A DNA stretch of 63,015 nt, filler included, from a bacterium (GCA_027062325.1; 4 parts of 4 records of this genome joined end to end with filler, not necessarily neighbours in it), one strand, 5' to 3'; positions 29,464-39,843 are shown, counted from the first letter of the whole stretch. Notes: generated from the letters alone by a model not told the origin. Made by a program: numbers and translations.

Positions 29464-30302
29464 TAAATAAAATTCTGACTAGATTTAAAGCTCACTCTTT
29501 TCTATTTTTCATAGATGGTAAACCATACATAGATTTCAAAGTAGCTAAGGACTTCCCATTTGGTTATTCACTTAATCTACTTTCTCGACCTATGAGGTAC
29601 TTTATACAAAAGGGAGCATTTATTCATGCTCCTCTGCTTATCTCACTCATAAAAAAACTGCAAGATGAACAGTCAAACACCTCCATATTAATACCGATTA
29701 CACAAGAACAAAGCAAAACTATAAGCCAATACTTTGGCTGTTCAAGCAAAGTGGATAACTTTTGGACTTTGAATCTAGAAAAGCAAAATAGTCTTTTATC
29801 TAAAGGCTTCATCACCTCATCAACCATAATAAACAGTTTTATAACATCAAAATTCTGGGTAACTCCTTTGAATCACTTATTGAAATTTCCCGAACTTTTT
29901 GACACATTAACCAACTCAAACTCCACCTCAAGACACACTATTTTTGCCACCCTACTATTTTCACATCTCTGGAAAAAATGGCTAAAAAAACTCTATAAAA
30001 AATCCTGTGAGATCTTCTCAATTCTTAAAGAAGAAGTGCATTTAATTGAAAAATCCATACAAAAAGCAGAAGCTAAATTAACCTCCAAACTTACAATAAC
30101 CATCACCGTTGAAAGTAAACTAAATGCCAAAGAATTAGAAAATCTCCTTGAAAAAAACCGAATACTAGCACACACAACCGATTTATCTACTTCCAAAAAC
30201 TCAATAACACTTTATTTCCCAGTAACTGTTCACAACTCCGACGTAAAATTCGCAATGAGAAAATTGAGAAGAATACTAAAAACTCTTTCTATTTCAAATT
30301 AA
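29460..30302 (+). CDS. Hypothetical protein (possible highly degenerate PLP fold-type I, BioF/Kbl-like)
   Basis: Start overlaps the GGDEF gene stop; N-terminal IDGKPYIDF and the C-terminal segment weakly resemble the AONS family. Confidence 0.35.
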   Translation: MINKILTRFKAHSFLFFIDGKPYIDFKVAKDFPFGYSLNLLSRPMRYFIQKGAFIHAPLLISLIKKLQDEQSNTSILIPITQEQSKTISQYFGCSSKVDNFWTLNLEKQNSLLSKGFITSSTIINSFITSKFWVTPLNHLLKFPELFDTLTNSNSTSRHTIFATLLFSHLWKKWLKKLYKKSCEIFSILKEEVHLIEKSIQKAEAKLTSKLTITITVESKLNAKELENLLEKNRILAHTTDLSTSKNSITLYFPVTVHNSDVKFAMRKLRRILKTLSISN

Positions 30303-31048
30303 CGCACTTTGGACAATAACCATGCCTTGAATTGCAAATAGGTGTCTAAGATAAATGCTATCGGATTCGAAAGTTCTTTTAATAACTGCTTAAAACCCCT
30401 TTTTCTCAAACCAGGTAAACTCTCTGGAGCTATCCCCACAGCATCCACTATGTAGCTACTAAGTAAATTCGGCTCACCTTTTCCATTCCAAGCAGCCCAA
30501 GTGTACTTCAAAGAAGGCCTGTAAGTCCACAATCTATCCGGTACCCACGGCAGAATCCAGGCGTATTCCCACCACTTAAGCAAAATACCGCGACAGGTAT
30601 TTGAGCCATAATTATCGAAAAACCTCTCAAACGCTACAAAAGCTATCTGGGAAGGTAACACATTTTGATCAAAAAATATCCATATGCTTTTTCTCTTACG
30701 CACCGCACTATGTTTAAAACGCTTGAAGTCAAGGGGAAGACCAATATTAAATTCAAACTCAAGTGCATTTTTTAAAATCTCAACTTCATTCAAAAAATCC
30801 ACCCTTCCAAACCATACAACGTATAAACTTAGTTGCTGTGGATTTAAAAAAGCTTTTTTAGATCTCTCATCATCATCTTCACTTCCTTTTAAATAATAGT
30901 TGTTAATTCTCTTCAAAATTTTAAAAAACTTCTCACGATCCTTGGCAAACATCACCAATGTAAAGTGCCCCTTAGGATAAGGTGTAATTTCACCTATAAC
31001 TTCACTTAAATTTAAAGTTTTGAAAATGTAGCCCTGCTCCTTCTTCAA
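30299..31048 (-). CDS. Hypothetical protein
   Basis: 249-aa ORF with a G-rich RBS-like run upstream; no recognised motif. Confidence 0.6.
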   Translation of the reverse strand: MKKEQGYIFKTLNLSEVIGEITPYPKGHFTLVMFAKDREKFFKILKRINNYYLKGSEDDDERSKKAFLNPQQLSLYVVWFGRVDFLNEVEILKNALEFEFNIGLPLDFKRFKHSAVRKRKSIWIFFDQNVLPSQIAFVAFERFFDNYGSNTCRGILLKWWEYAWILPWVPDRLWTYRPSLKYTWAAWNGKGEPNLLSSYIVDAVGIAPESLPGLRKRGFKQLLKELSNPIAFILDTYLQFKAWLLSKVR

Positions 31049-31177
31049 CTAATTCCCCCCTACCAAACCATTAATACAACCTAACCCTTAGAACCTTTCT
31101 TTTGATGTATATTTTAACCTTTTTTCTTATACTTTTTAAGAAAGCAATAAAATGAAAGTAATGCGGAGGATAAAAAT

Positions 31178-32674
31178 TTGCAGCGCCTCGGTATAAATCG
31201 TGCAATAATCTCCGGCTTGATAATTCTCCTACCATCACTTCACATAACCCTTCTTGCAGACTCATTCCGCCCCATAAAGTTTGCTGCCTTTTTAATAATT
31301 ACAGCGCTAATAGCAATCTCAACTGAATCACTTCGCCTCCCTAAAAATGCCTGGTTGCTTTTTCCTATATTTCTAGCTCTGGAACCTAATTCCCCATCTA
31401 TACTGCTCCTTGCAGCAATTCTAATGACAATGAGCGACTTCCTTCAAAAGAAAAATTTTGACTGGGAAATAGCAATTTCCACATTCCTTCCCATCCTCTT
31501 TTGGTTAATTTACAACGTCGAATATCCAAAAAAATTCATATCCACTTTCGGAAATAGATCTTACTTGTCCTCATTCTTAGCGGCAGCAATACCTTATACA
31601 GTAAAATTTTCTCCCCCCCTTGCATATCTATCCACCCTAATAATAAGCTTCTCGGGATGTCGCGCTTCAACCCTTGCCTTAATGCTCATCTCAACAATAG
31701 CCATATCTCGAAAATTTTATCCAAAACAATTTGCAAACATCCTTTTATTACTTACACTATCTATCCCTATCTTTTTTATTTATAAATCCGGGATAGCAAC
31801 CAGAAACTGGACTCCTAGTGCAAATGCAGAAAGAGTAAAGATAGTAACAAACTGCATAAACATCGCTCTAAAAAAACCAATGGGAATAGGCATTGGAAAC
31901 ACTCCCTCTAAACTTCTAGAAGAATCTCTAAAGCACGACTTCCCAGTAATTAGAACTGATTGGTGTCACAACGAATACATTCAAACAATAGTAGAGATGG
32001 GAATTCTAGGATTATTTCCAATAGTCTTTTTCATTATTCCACTAATTCACATTCTTACCAATCCAAAAATTCCTCCCAATTCCCACAAACTCCTCTACAC
32101 CCTTAGCCTTACCAGCATAGCCTTCGAATCCCTGGTATTTTTCCCTCTTCATATTCCACCCGTAGCCTTTATTGCCCTTTATTCATTTACAAAGTTAATC
32201 TCAAAATCAAGTTCAAAACCAACAAAATTAATCAATGGAGTGTGGAAAGTTGTAAAGTACTTTATTGCCTTATCCCTCCTAGTAAATGCTGCATTTATTA
32301 TATGGAAAGCAAGAATCTATAGAGAGTTTTTAGACAAACCTTCCTTGCAAAATGCTCAAAAGGTTTTAAAATTTAAATTTGATCCTTTTCTGGCCTTCAA
32401 GGCAGGCTTTATAGCACAACAAAATGCTGATTTAAAAAATGCTGTAAAATTCTATGCAATGAGTGCTCTCCCCGAAGCAAAGTTCAATCTATCTTTAATA
32501 CTTCTCCAACTCAATGAAAAAAAACAAGCTTGTAAAATTTTGAGGCAACTCAGTTCTCAATATCCATGGTTTGACAAAGCTAATAAACTGTACAAAAAAG
32601 CTTGTCTAAAGAGCCCATACCATCACTCAACTAAAAGTCGTTCTAAAACTTCAAACACATCTTCCTCGATGTAA
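31178..32674 (+). CDS. O-antigen ligase/O-oligosaccharyltransferase (Wzy_C) family membrane protein with TPR tail
   Basis: About 12 TMs; STFGN, PMGIGIG, HNEYIQTIVEMGILG; C-terminal TPR-like helices. Confidence 0.75.
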   Translation: MQRLGINRAIISGLIILLPSLHITLLADSFRPIKFAAFLIITALIAISTESLRLPKNAWLLFPIFLALEPNSPSILLLAAILMTMSDFLQKKNFDWEIAISTFLPILFWLIYNVEYPKKFISTFGNRSYLSSFLAAAIPYTVKFSPPLAYLSTLIISFSGCRASTLALMLISTIAISRKFYPKQFANILLLLTLSIPIFFIYKSGIATRNWTPSANAERVKIVTNCINIALKKPMGIGIGNTPSKLLEESLKHDFPVIRTDWCHNEYIQTIVEMGILGLFPIVFFIIPLIHILTNPKIPPNSHKLLYTLSLTSIAFESLVFFPLHIPPVAFIALYSFTKLISKSSSKPTKLINGVWKVVKYFIALSLLVNAAFIIWKARIYREFLDKPSLQNAQKVLKFKFDPFLAFKAGFIAQQNADLKNAVKFYAMSALPEAKFNLSLILLQLNEKKQACKILRQLSSQYPWFDKANKLYKKACLKSPYHHSTKSRSKTSNTSSSM

Positions 32675-35205
32675 TAACTCACTAAAACCAATGGTAGATC
32701 TTTCACTTGATAAAGTTGTCTCAAAACTTCTGCGTATCTTTTCAATTGGGAAGCAGCCTTTTTTTCACTTTTTGCACTGAGTTTAAATTCGAATACATAA
32801 ACAGCTTTATCTCCAATAACCAACAAATCCACTCTGTTACCATCTCTTAACGTAACTTCCCATGCAAACACTAAATTTTTGCTTTCGCCAAACTCTTCCT
32901 CCAAAAAAGCAATAACCCTTTTTACAAATCTATTATTTTTCAAAAGCGCATGCTCAATATCTCCCTTTATTCTATTCACATTTAGGTAAGTTCCTTTTAA
33001 ATCACAAAAGGCAGTAAATTCATCCAACCCAAACTCTTTAACTAGAAACTCACTCTTATCAATCAAAATATTCTCACTATTCAACTCATCTGGCCGCCAA
33101 ATATCCAATATATCTTCAAATAGCTCCTTTCTATCACTTTTACTCTCTTTCCCTTCTTCTTTTATCAAATCTTTTGAAAACACCACATATAACTCATTTT
33201 CAGCCCGGCTAAGTGCTACATAGTAAATTCTTCTTTCTTCATTCAACTCTTCCAAGGAAGCAACCGCTTTTGAAACAAGCACCGCCACTTCATCTATTTT
33301 TCTATTTCCCCGCCTGTCAAAGAAAGCTACACCGTACTTACCGTAGCTCTGACCTCTACCCTTAGGTTTACTAACAAACACAACAACTCTTTCAAATTCC
33401 AGCCCCTTAGCCTGGTGCACTGTGTAAATAGAATAATCTTCACCCCTGGGCAACACCGCTGAAAATCTAAACTTCGGATAAAATCGAACAAAATTCTCTT
33501 TTAATATTCCAGAAAATAACTCCCACTCTTGAAGTGCCACACTGTATGAATACGCAAAAGCTGCCTCAAGAGATAAATTGCTTCTCCTCACTGTGTTGGA
33601 CTTTATCTCTATTGCCTTATCAAAAGTAGCATCCTGCCTTGCCGTATTCCCAAAAAACTGCTCAAATCTTTTGAGACCCGCAGGTGGATAAGGAGAATAG
33701 TAAAAATAGTAATTAGCGTATAGCTTATTCAAATCCACATCTCCTATGGGCACATCTCCTCCATAAACGCTGCCAACAAACCCCCTCTTATTAAGCTCTT
33801 TCCAAAGTTTATATACTTCAATATTTCTTCTAACTATGAAAGTACAATAGCCGTTTTGCAAAAATCGAGCCACATTTTCTAATGAGTCAGCACAATAAAA
33901 TTCAACCTTCCCATTACACTCTCTATTTACCTTTTGCTCACCTTCTCTAAAATAAGTTATTGCATACTCATTTAGTCTTCTTACTACTTCACTACAACTT
34001 CTCCAGTTATCCTCCATGATTAACACTTTTCCAACTTTATTCTCTATCTCATCTACAACAAAGTACTGACTTCCTCTAAAACCATATATACTCTGCTTCA
34101 CATCTCCAACTAACACAGTATTTTTAAACCCCTTTCTCATATCCTCTAGAATCCTCAACTGCAGCATATTCAAATCTTGAACTTCATCAATTAGAAAATA
34201 CCTGTACTTTTCAAAAAAGTAATCTGAATTACTCCGCATTATCTTTTTGGCTTGCTGTTGTACAGATGAGTAAGTAATAACTCCTCTTTCTTTTAAAAAC
34301 TTCCTCCATCCTCTGATAAACTCGATAAACTCTTCTTTAACCTGAATGTCAAATAAATTATCTTCTCCCTCTTCTATTTTTTTCACATCTTCCTCTATAG
34401 AATTTAAAAGATTGTAAACCTTGGAAAAGGAATTCTTTAAAAGTAGTCTTTTCAAAACATCATCAACATCAGATTTTTTAACAAACTCATTTAAAGCACT
34501 CCTATTCTTGGAACGCAGTGAAGACGATAAAAGTCCTTCCCTTATAGCCTCTTCTTTCAAAATCTCTATTTCAAACCTCAATTTTTTTAAAAGCTTAAAC
34601 CATTTTCTCTCCACCTCATCAAGCCAATTATCTACTTCATCCCACATTAAGTCTTCAACAGAAAAGTAACTCTCCAACCTTTTTCGAGCAAAGTAGTTCA
34701 TAATCTCATATTTTTTTTCATCGCTCTTTCTCAAATTCAAAAAGTGATCTATATATTCAGCTTTTAAAGCTTCCTCTAAAGTCCCTGTAACAAACTCCCT
34801 CGCTCCAACCTGGGTATAAAAATTCTCAACCACGGAGCTGAAAAATGAATGAAACGTGCCCGAAACAGCCTTTGAAAAATGCTTTGAAAATTCAACAATG
34901 TATCCTCTGAAATCCTCACAGTCCCCCCACACTTTTCTAAGAACAGAAAGAATCCTCTCCTTAAAGGAGCGGGCAGCTTCACGAGTAAAAGTTAAAAATA
35001 CAATTTCCTCAGGCAAAACTCCATGTTTTAGAAGCTCAAAATAAATTCTAACCAGTAATGTAGTCTTCCCAGCTCCTGCAGAAGCTTTTACTAAAACCCC
35101 ATTTCGAATAACACTAGGGTGCAAAACCTCATCAATTAACTTACTCTTTGGAATATACAAAAGAGCCTTCTCTGCAAGCCTTTTAAACATATCCTCCCTT
35201 CCCAC
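32623..35205 (-). CDS. AddA/RecB-like SF1 helicase with C-terminal PD-(D/E)xK nuclease
   Basis: ASAGAGKT, DEVQD, VGDVKQSIYGFRG, NWRS, TVHQAKGLE, YVALSRA; nuclease motif RVDLL..FEFK..QLKRY. Confidence 0.82.
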   Translation of the reverse strand: MGREDMFKRLAEKALLYIPKSKLIDEVLHPSVIRNGVLVKASAGAGKTTLLVRIYFELLKHGVLPEEIVFLTFTREAARSFKERILSVLRKVWGDCEDFRGYIVEFSKHFSKAVSGTFHSFFSSVVENFYTQVGAREFVTGTLEEALKAEYIDHFLNLRKSDEKKYEIMNYFARKRLESYFSVEDLMWDEVDNWLDEVERKWFKLLKKLRFEIEILKEEAIREGLLSSSLRSKNRSALNEFVKKSDVDDVLKRLLLKNSFSKVYNLLNSIEEDVKKIEEGEDNLFDIQVKEEFIEFIRGWRKFLKERGVITYSSVQQQAKKIMRSNSDYFFEKYRYFLIDEVQDLNMLQLRILEDMRKGFKNTVLVGDVKQSIYGFRGSQYFVVDEIENKVGKVLIMEDNWRSCSEVVRRLNEYAITYFREGEQKVNRECNGKVEFYCADSLENVARFLQNGYCTFIVRRNIEVYKLWKELNKRGFVGSVYGGDVPIGDVDLNKLYANYYFYYSPYPPAGLKRFEQFFGNTARQDATFDKAIEIKSNTVRRSNLSLEAAFAYSYSVALQEWELFSGILKENFVRFYPKFRFSAVLPRGEDYSIYTVHQAKGLEFERVVVFVSKPKGRGQSYGKYGVAFFDRRGNRKIDEVAVLVSKAVASLEELNEERRIYYVALSRAENELYVVFSKDLIKEEGKESKSDRKELFEDILDIWRPDELNSENILIDKSEFLVKEFGLDEFTAFCDLKGTYLNVNRIKGDIEHALLKNNRFVKRVIAFLEEEFGESKNLVFAWEVTLRDGNRVDLLVIGDKAVYVFEFKLSAKSEKKAASQLKRYAEVLRQLYQVKDLPLVLVSYYIEEDVFEVLERLLVE

Positions 35206-35209
35206 TTAA

Positions 35210-36757
35210 CTACCTACCTCTAAATATATCCATCGTATCCTTGTAAACTAAAAGTCCAAGTAATCCAAGTAAGACAATAAACCCTGCAAAATGTATCCTC
35301 TCTTCCAACTTTTCGCTTATCTTAAGTCCAAATCCTCGGAACATTTCAATAAGAGCCCTCGCTCCGTCAAGAGCTGGAAATGGCACTAAGTTTATCAAGC
35401 CAATATTAAGGGAAAGTATCGCTATTACCGTTAGAAAATCCTCAAATGACTCTTTGGCAGTTCTCATCATTATTCTAAATATCCCCACAGGTCCAGATAC
35501 ATCCCGAGTGCTCACTCTAAATTCAAATAACCTCTTGAACCAAGCAAGCATCATTCCTAACCACTTTTTAAAATCTTCGGTAGCAAATTTGACAGCTTCC
35601 AAAATTCCAACCTTGTTGTAAATAGTATAATAAGGCATCTTCAAACCAAACTTATCTCCCTCCAACTTAATTTTAAATTTCAAAACCTTGTCTCCCCTTA
35701 ACACCGCAACTTCAACGGTAGAATCTCTGTGTTTTTTCCCTACAAACCTTAGATACTCCCAGCACCTAACTGGCACAGAGTTAATCTCAAGCAAAATATC
35801 CCCCTTCTTCAAACCAGCTTTGCAAGCTGCTCTCCCTTCAACTGGATCAACAATTGGTTCAAGTGGGGGATAAAGAGGCTCCAATTTATCAACATTCACA
35901 GTAAGGATTTTCTCTCCTGTTGCTGTTAATCTAGAAACTTTCATAGTAAAAGGTCCCTTACCTTTAAATTTTGCCAGCTCATCAAGCGAATTCACTCTCT
36001 TACCGTTTACTTCTAAAATTAAGTCCTGTGGCTGCAATCCTGCTTTAGCATAGCCACTTTTCTCTGAAATTTCACCTACGACGGGAACTATTTCTCCAGA
36101 AGCAGCAATACCTAACCTATCTTCCATAACAACTCTTGCCGTATAATTTTTACCATTGCGGATCCACTCAATCTCAACCTCGTGAGAAGCATAAAATTTA
36201 ACAGCGTGCTTCAGTACTCCCCAACTCGTTATGTGTATAGATCCAACTCTAATTATCAAATCTCCTGACTTAATACCAACTTTTTCAGCAATAGATCCTT
36301 TCAATACTTTGCCAACCTTAGGAGAATACAAAACCGCTGGCACTTTTCGCTCATCAAAAAAGTAATTAACAGTAAAGAACAAAAACCATGCCAATGCAAA
36401 ATTAAATATTGCCCCTGCAAGAAGTATCATAACCTTGGCAAATGAGGACTTTGACTTATAAGAGTCACCATCCTCCTCTGAACTTAAAGTATCTTTATCA
36501 TCCTCTTCCCTACTTTCATTCTCTCCCTCACTCTCCCCTTCAAACTCGTCCAACCCCTTCAACAAAACGTAACCACCTATGGGAAGCCACCTTACCGAGT
36601 AAAGAGTTCCATTTTTTTTAGTAGAAAAGATCTCAGGTCCCATACCTATAGAAAATTCATGAACCTTAACTCCAAATAACCTTGCCACAATGTAGTGTCC
36701 AAATTCGTGAACAAGAATTATTACTCCTAAACCAAGAAGTGCCATTATCCATCCCAT
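35210..36757 (-). CDS. rseP: RIP metalloprotease RseP with three PDZ domains
   Basis: HEFGH, FSIGMGP, LPIGGYV and NLVPFPALDG motifs; three PDZ-like repeats. Confidence 0.93.
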   Translation of the reverse strand: MGWIMALLGLGVIILVHEFGHYIVARLFGVKVHEFSIGMGPEIFSTKKNGTLYSVRWLPIGGYVLLKGLDEFEGESEGENESREEDDKDTLSSEEDGDSYKSKSSFAKVMILLAGAIFNFALAWFLFFTVNYFFDERKVPAVLYSPKVGKVLKGSIAEKVGIKSGDLIIRVGSIHITSWGVLKHAVKFYASHEVEIEWIRNGKNYTARVVMEDRLGIAASGEIVPVVGEISEKSGYAKAGLQPQDLILEVNGKRVNSLDELAKFKGKGPFTMKVSRLTATGEKILTVNVDKLEPLYPPLEPIVDPVEGRAACKAGLKKGDILLEINSVPVRCWEYLRFVGKKHRDSTVEVAVLRGDKVLKFKIKLEGDKFGLKMPYYTIYNKVGILEAVKFATEDFKKWLGMMLAWFKRLFEFRVSTRDVSGPVGIFRIMMRTAKESFEDFLTVIAILSLNIGLINLVPFPALDGARALIEMFRGFGLKISEKLEERIHFAGFIVLLGLLGLLVYKDTMDIFRGR

Positions 36758-36792
36758 ATATACCGCCCCTTTCAAATCCTCCTCAGTCAAAC

Positions 36793-38529
36793 TTAATCAG
36801 ACAATACATCTACATTGTAAGCCAAAGGCAGGAATTTAAGTTGAGCCTCTTCAAGAGCAAGTGTAGTAGCCTTCAAGGCAGATTTAACTGGGTAAATCTC
36901 ATGCCTTACCTTAAAAAATCCACCCGGATACGCAGTGTCAACAATGTCGATCCTAGCCTTGTGAAGAAATTCATCATCAGCTCCCTCTAACTTTATTAAT
37001 AACTCCTCCAATTTAGCCGCCATCTCCTTAACCTTCCTCTCCCATTCCTCCACTTCAGTTTTTAAATTCATATACTTTTCATACTCATCAGCTTCCAACT
37101 CTCCAAGCTGAAACTTCTTCTTAAGAACTGCAAACTCCTTATTTTTCTCCTCTGCAATTTTGTTAACTTCCTCAGCTTCCTTTTCTATTCTCTCAAATTC
37201 TCGCTTCAATTTCATAGGATACCCAACCTCTACCTCGTACTTCACTTCTCCTTCACTTCCCCATATTTTAGCACGAGCAAGCAAACAAGCCCTCACCTTT
37301 GTGATAACTTGTCCTTTGCCAGCTTCACATATAAATCTTCCATCCGTAGCAATGTCTCCTCCTCTAACATACTCTGAGACTATAATCTCCCTTTCTGCCC
37401 AAACATCTGCATCTTGAATAAACTTAGCATACAAAGCATGAGAATTTATAGTAGTCTCTTCCTTACCAACAATTCCTCCTTTAACTACAATCTTTCCAGT
37501 AACATCAAACTCAACTTTTTCCGCAATTCCACCTATTAGCAAATTACCATCAACTTTAACCTTACAGAATGTCACATCTCCCTTAACATAAACAATTCCC
37601 TTAACATCAATATCTTCACTCAACTTTTCAAAAATCATTGTTTCCTTAACAATTGGAAACCCATTGACAAGTTCACAGTATCCCTGACGAGCTGCTTTTA
37701 TTTCCAGCTCTACTACTTCAACTCCTTCAAGATCAGAAGGTATTTCAATATCCCTAACAGGCGGCGGTGCTACACTCTCTCCCTTAACATTCTTTCCTGG
37801 TTCCCCTTCAACTGGAGGAACTATAACTCCTAAAACTTGCTCTTCTTCTACAATAAGTATTTCTCCACGCCTTTCAGCCTCAAAATCCACCTTCCAAATT
37901 ATTTCTGCATCTTTTCCCTCTTTAGGCGGAACACCCTCTGCTACAACTTCAACTTCTTTCTCCAAAGAAATTAAACTCTCCACCCGATCCTCCAAAATAA
38001 GTCCTCTATCCAACCCTAAGTTTGACAAATATTCTACAGCCTCAGATAAGCTGGGCCATTTTGTGCCAACTCCTTTAGGAGGAATAAATCTTGCTGTTGC
38101 ACTCATTAAATCCTCTGCAAACTCCACCTCAAAAGAATATTCACTAGACTCAACATTTACTTCTAGCTCTACTTCCCCCGTCTCCTCCAATACTTGCTTC
38201 GCCTCTTTAACCCACTCTGGAGAAGGCTCTATACCCCTAGCAACAAGATACTTTAAAGCTATTCCAAAAGGAGCATCTGTCTTAAATTTCCACTTATTCT
38301 CCTCAACTTTTACAAACTCAAATGTGTACTCTATAAGTTTCTTTTTCTGTTTAGAAACAGATTTTTTCTTTAGGCCAAACTCAATTTCAACCCAACCACC
38401 AAGTATGAAGAATCCCCATTTTCGACGCTTAATATTCCACTCTAAATCCTCTGGAGAACAGTTAAAAAGCTTGCAAGCCAAACTTATAGCATCACTAACT
38501 GTTGGAGACTTAATTAGGAGCTTTTTCAA
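36793..38529 (-). CDS. FapA/DUF342-family protein with Jag_N-like N-terminus
   Basis: Jag_N-like start (TVSDAISLAC..KWGFFILG); VAEGVPPKEGKDA, GEPGKNVKG; beta-helix region and coiled coil. Confidence 0.75.
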   Translation of the reverse strand: MKKLLIKSPTVSDAISLACKLFNCSPEDLEWNIKRRKWGFFILGGWVEIEFGLKKKSVSKQKKKLIEYTFEFVKVEENKWKFKTDAPFGIALKYLVARGIEPSPEWVKEAKQVLEETGEVELEVNVESSEYSFEVEFAEDLMSATARFIPPKGVGTKWPSLSEAVEYLSNLGLDRGLILEDRVESLISLEKEVEVVAEGVPPKEGKDAEIIWKVDFEAERRGEILIVEEEQVLGVIVPPVEGEPGKNVKGESVAPPPVRDIEIPSDLEGVEVVELEIKAARQGYCELVNGFPIVKETMIFEKLSEDIDVKGIVYVKGDVTFCKVKVDGNLLIGGIAEKVEFDVTGKIVVKGGIVGKEETTINSHALYAKFIQDADVWAEREIIVSEYVRGGDIATDGRFICEAGKGQVITKVRACLLARAKIWGSEGEVKYEVEVGYPMKLKREFERIEKEAEEVNKIAEEKNKEFAVLKKKFQLGELEADEYEKYMNLKTEVEEWERKVKEMAAKLEELLIKLEGADDEFLHKARIDIVDTAYPGGFFKVRHEIYPVKSALKATTLALEEAQLKFLPLAYNVDVLSD

Positions 38530-38652
38530 ATTTTACCACTCCTCTGCTACTTTAGAACAAATAAAAGCAAAATTTTCAAAAGACTTTCAACTTTGGTTCT
38601 CTACCAAATTACCATTAAATTTTAACAAATAACAGAAAAACAACCAAAATAT

Positions 38653-38677
38653 AAAAAGGGGCACACTAGGTGCCCCC
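38653..38677 (-). terminator. Intrinsic terminator
   Basis: GGGGCAC/GTGCCCC stem followed by a T5 run on the minus strand, after the 38716 gene. Confidence 0.75.
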
Positions 38678-38715
38678 TGCTCAAATTCATACACTCATCA
38701 TATTTCCAACTTTCA

Positions 38716-39660
38716 TTATTTTGCAGCCTTCAAAAGCTTCTGATACTCTTCGTACGCTTTTCTGTACTCTTTCAAAGCCTTCTTAACTTCAGGAGCGTTC
38801 ACATCCTTTGCCTTTGCCATAGCGTCAACATATCTCTTGTAGGCTGCAATGTACCTGTCATGAGCTGCCTTCAAAGCCGTGGACTTAGTTCCAGCTACAG
38901 CTTTACCCTTGGATGGCTGTCTTGCCCCCTTGTCTGGATTTGCAGCAACTTTTCCCTTACCTTTTTTCATGACCGGCTTTGCAGTTTCTTTCTGCTTGTT
39001 AGTCTTCACAGTAACAGAAGTGTTTGGCTTAACAGTTACATTTACTTCCTTAGATGCATTCTCTGGTTTAGTAGTTGTAGTCGTTGGCCTATTATTAGTG
39101 CTACTCGTCGGTTTAACTGTAACATTACTGCTACCAGTAGAAGTTGAACTACTAGGAGTAACAACCATTCCACCCGTTGCCTTCTTCTTTATAAACTTCT
39201 TATACACAATGTAAGCAATTACACCAACAGCAACAACTGCCAAAATCGGAAGAAGTGGGCTGGAAGCCAATCCTGCAATTGCTCCACCAAGTGCTCCAAG
39301 CCCAGAGGCCACTGCACCACCAACTGCAGCCCCTGCAGAAGTTATAGCACTACCTGCTGCTGCTGCACCAGCAGTTATTGCTCCACCAAGTGCCGTACCT
39401 GCACCAGCAATTGCTCCACCTGCTGCAGCAACTCCAGCACTCAAGGCAGCTCCCGCTGCACTTGCTGCACCTGCTGCCACAGCTCCAGCAGCTCCAACCA
39501 AACCAATTGCAGCCTTTACAAGAATTGGACCAACTATCGTCAACCCAACACCAGTAATAACTCCCCACAAAAACGTCTTTTTAGAAGCATAAACAGTACT
39601 ACCAAATCCAAACGTCGTAAGGAAAGCTACAATTAAGAAAACACTCAATATTTTCCTCAT
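38716..39660 (-). CDS. Signal-peptide protein with Gly/Ala-rich 11-mer repeats, TM helix, S/T/K linker and helical C-terminus
   Basis: GGAGGTGG RBS; signal peptide ending VYA; own terminator. Confidence 0.7.
   Translation of the reverse strand: MRKILSVFLIVAFLTTFGFGSTVYASKKTFLWGVITGVGLTIVGPILVKAAIGLVGAAGAVAAGAASAAGAALSAGVAAAGGAIAGAGTALGGAITAGAAAAGSAITSAGAAVGGAVASGLGALGGAIAGLASSPLLPILAVVAVGVIAYIVYKKFIKKKATGGMVVTPSSSTSTGSSNVTVKPTSSTNNRPTTTTTKPENASKEVNVTVKPNTSVTVKTNKQKETAKPVMKKGKGKVAANPDKGARQPSKGKAVAGTKSTALKAAHDRYIAAYKRYVDAMAKAKDVNAPEVKKALKEYRKAYEEYQKLLKAAK
39259..39423 (-). repeat. Five tandem 11-aa (33-bp) Gly/Ala repeats within the CDS
   Basis: AGGAIAGAGTA / LGGAITAGAAA / AGSAITSAGAA / VGGAVASGLGA / LGGAIAGLASS. 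Confidence 0.75.
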
Positions 39661-39843
39661 AATTACCACCTCCTGGAATTTTTTAAATTTCAACTTTAAC
39701 ACCACCTCCCAACACTTGTAATACACATGGAGGCTTCTACCTCCACTCATAATTTTAATGAATAGACCTATTGGTGTACCACCAAAAATAATTTACCTAA
39801 GGTATTAACAACTATCAAACACTAGACTTCTAGTTTAAAAACA

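Noticed and set aside
38716..39660. Circular bacteriocin precursor
   Set aside because: Too long, has a Sec-type signal and a soluble C-terminal domain, and there are no SpoIIM/DUF95, ABC or immunity genes nearby.
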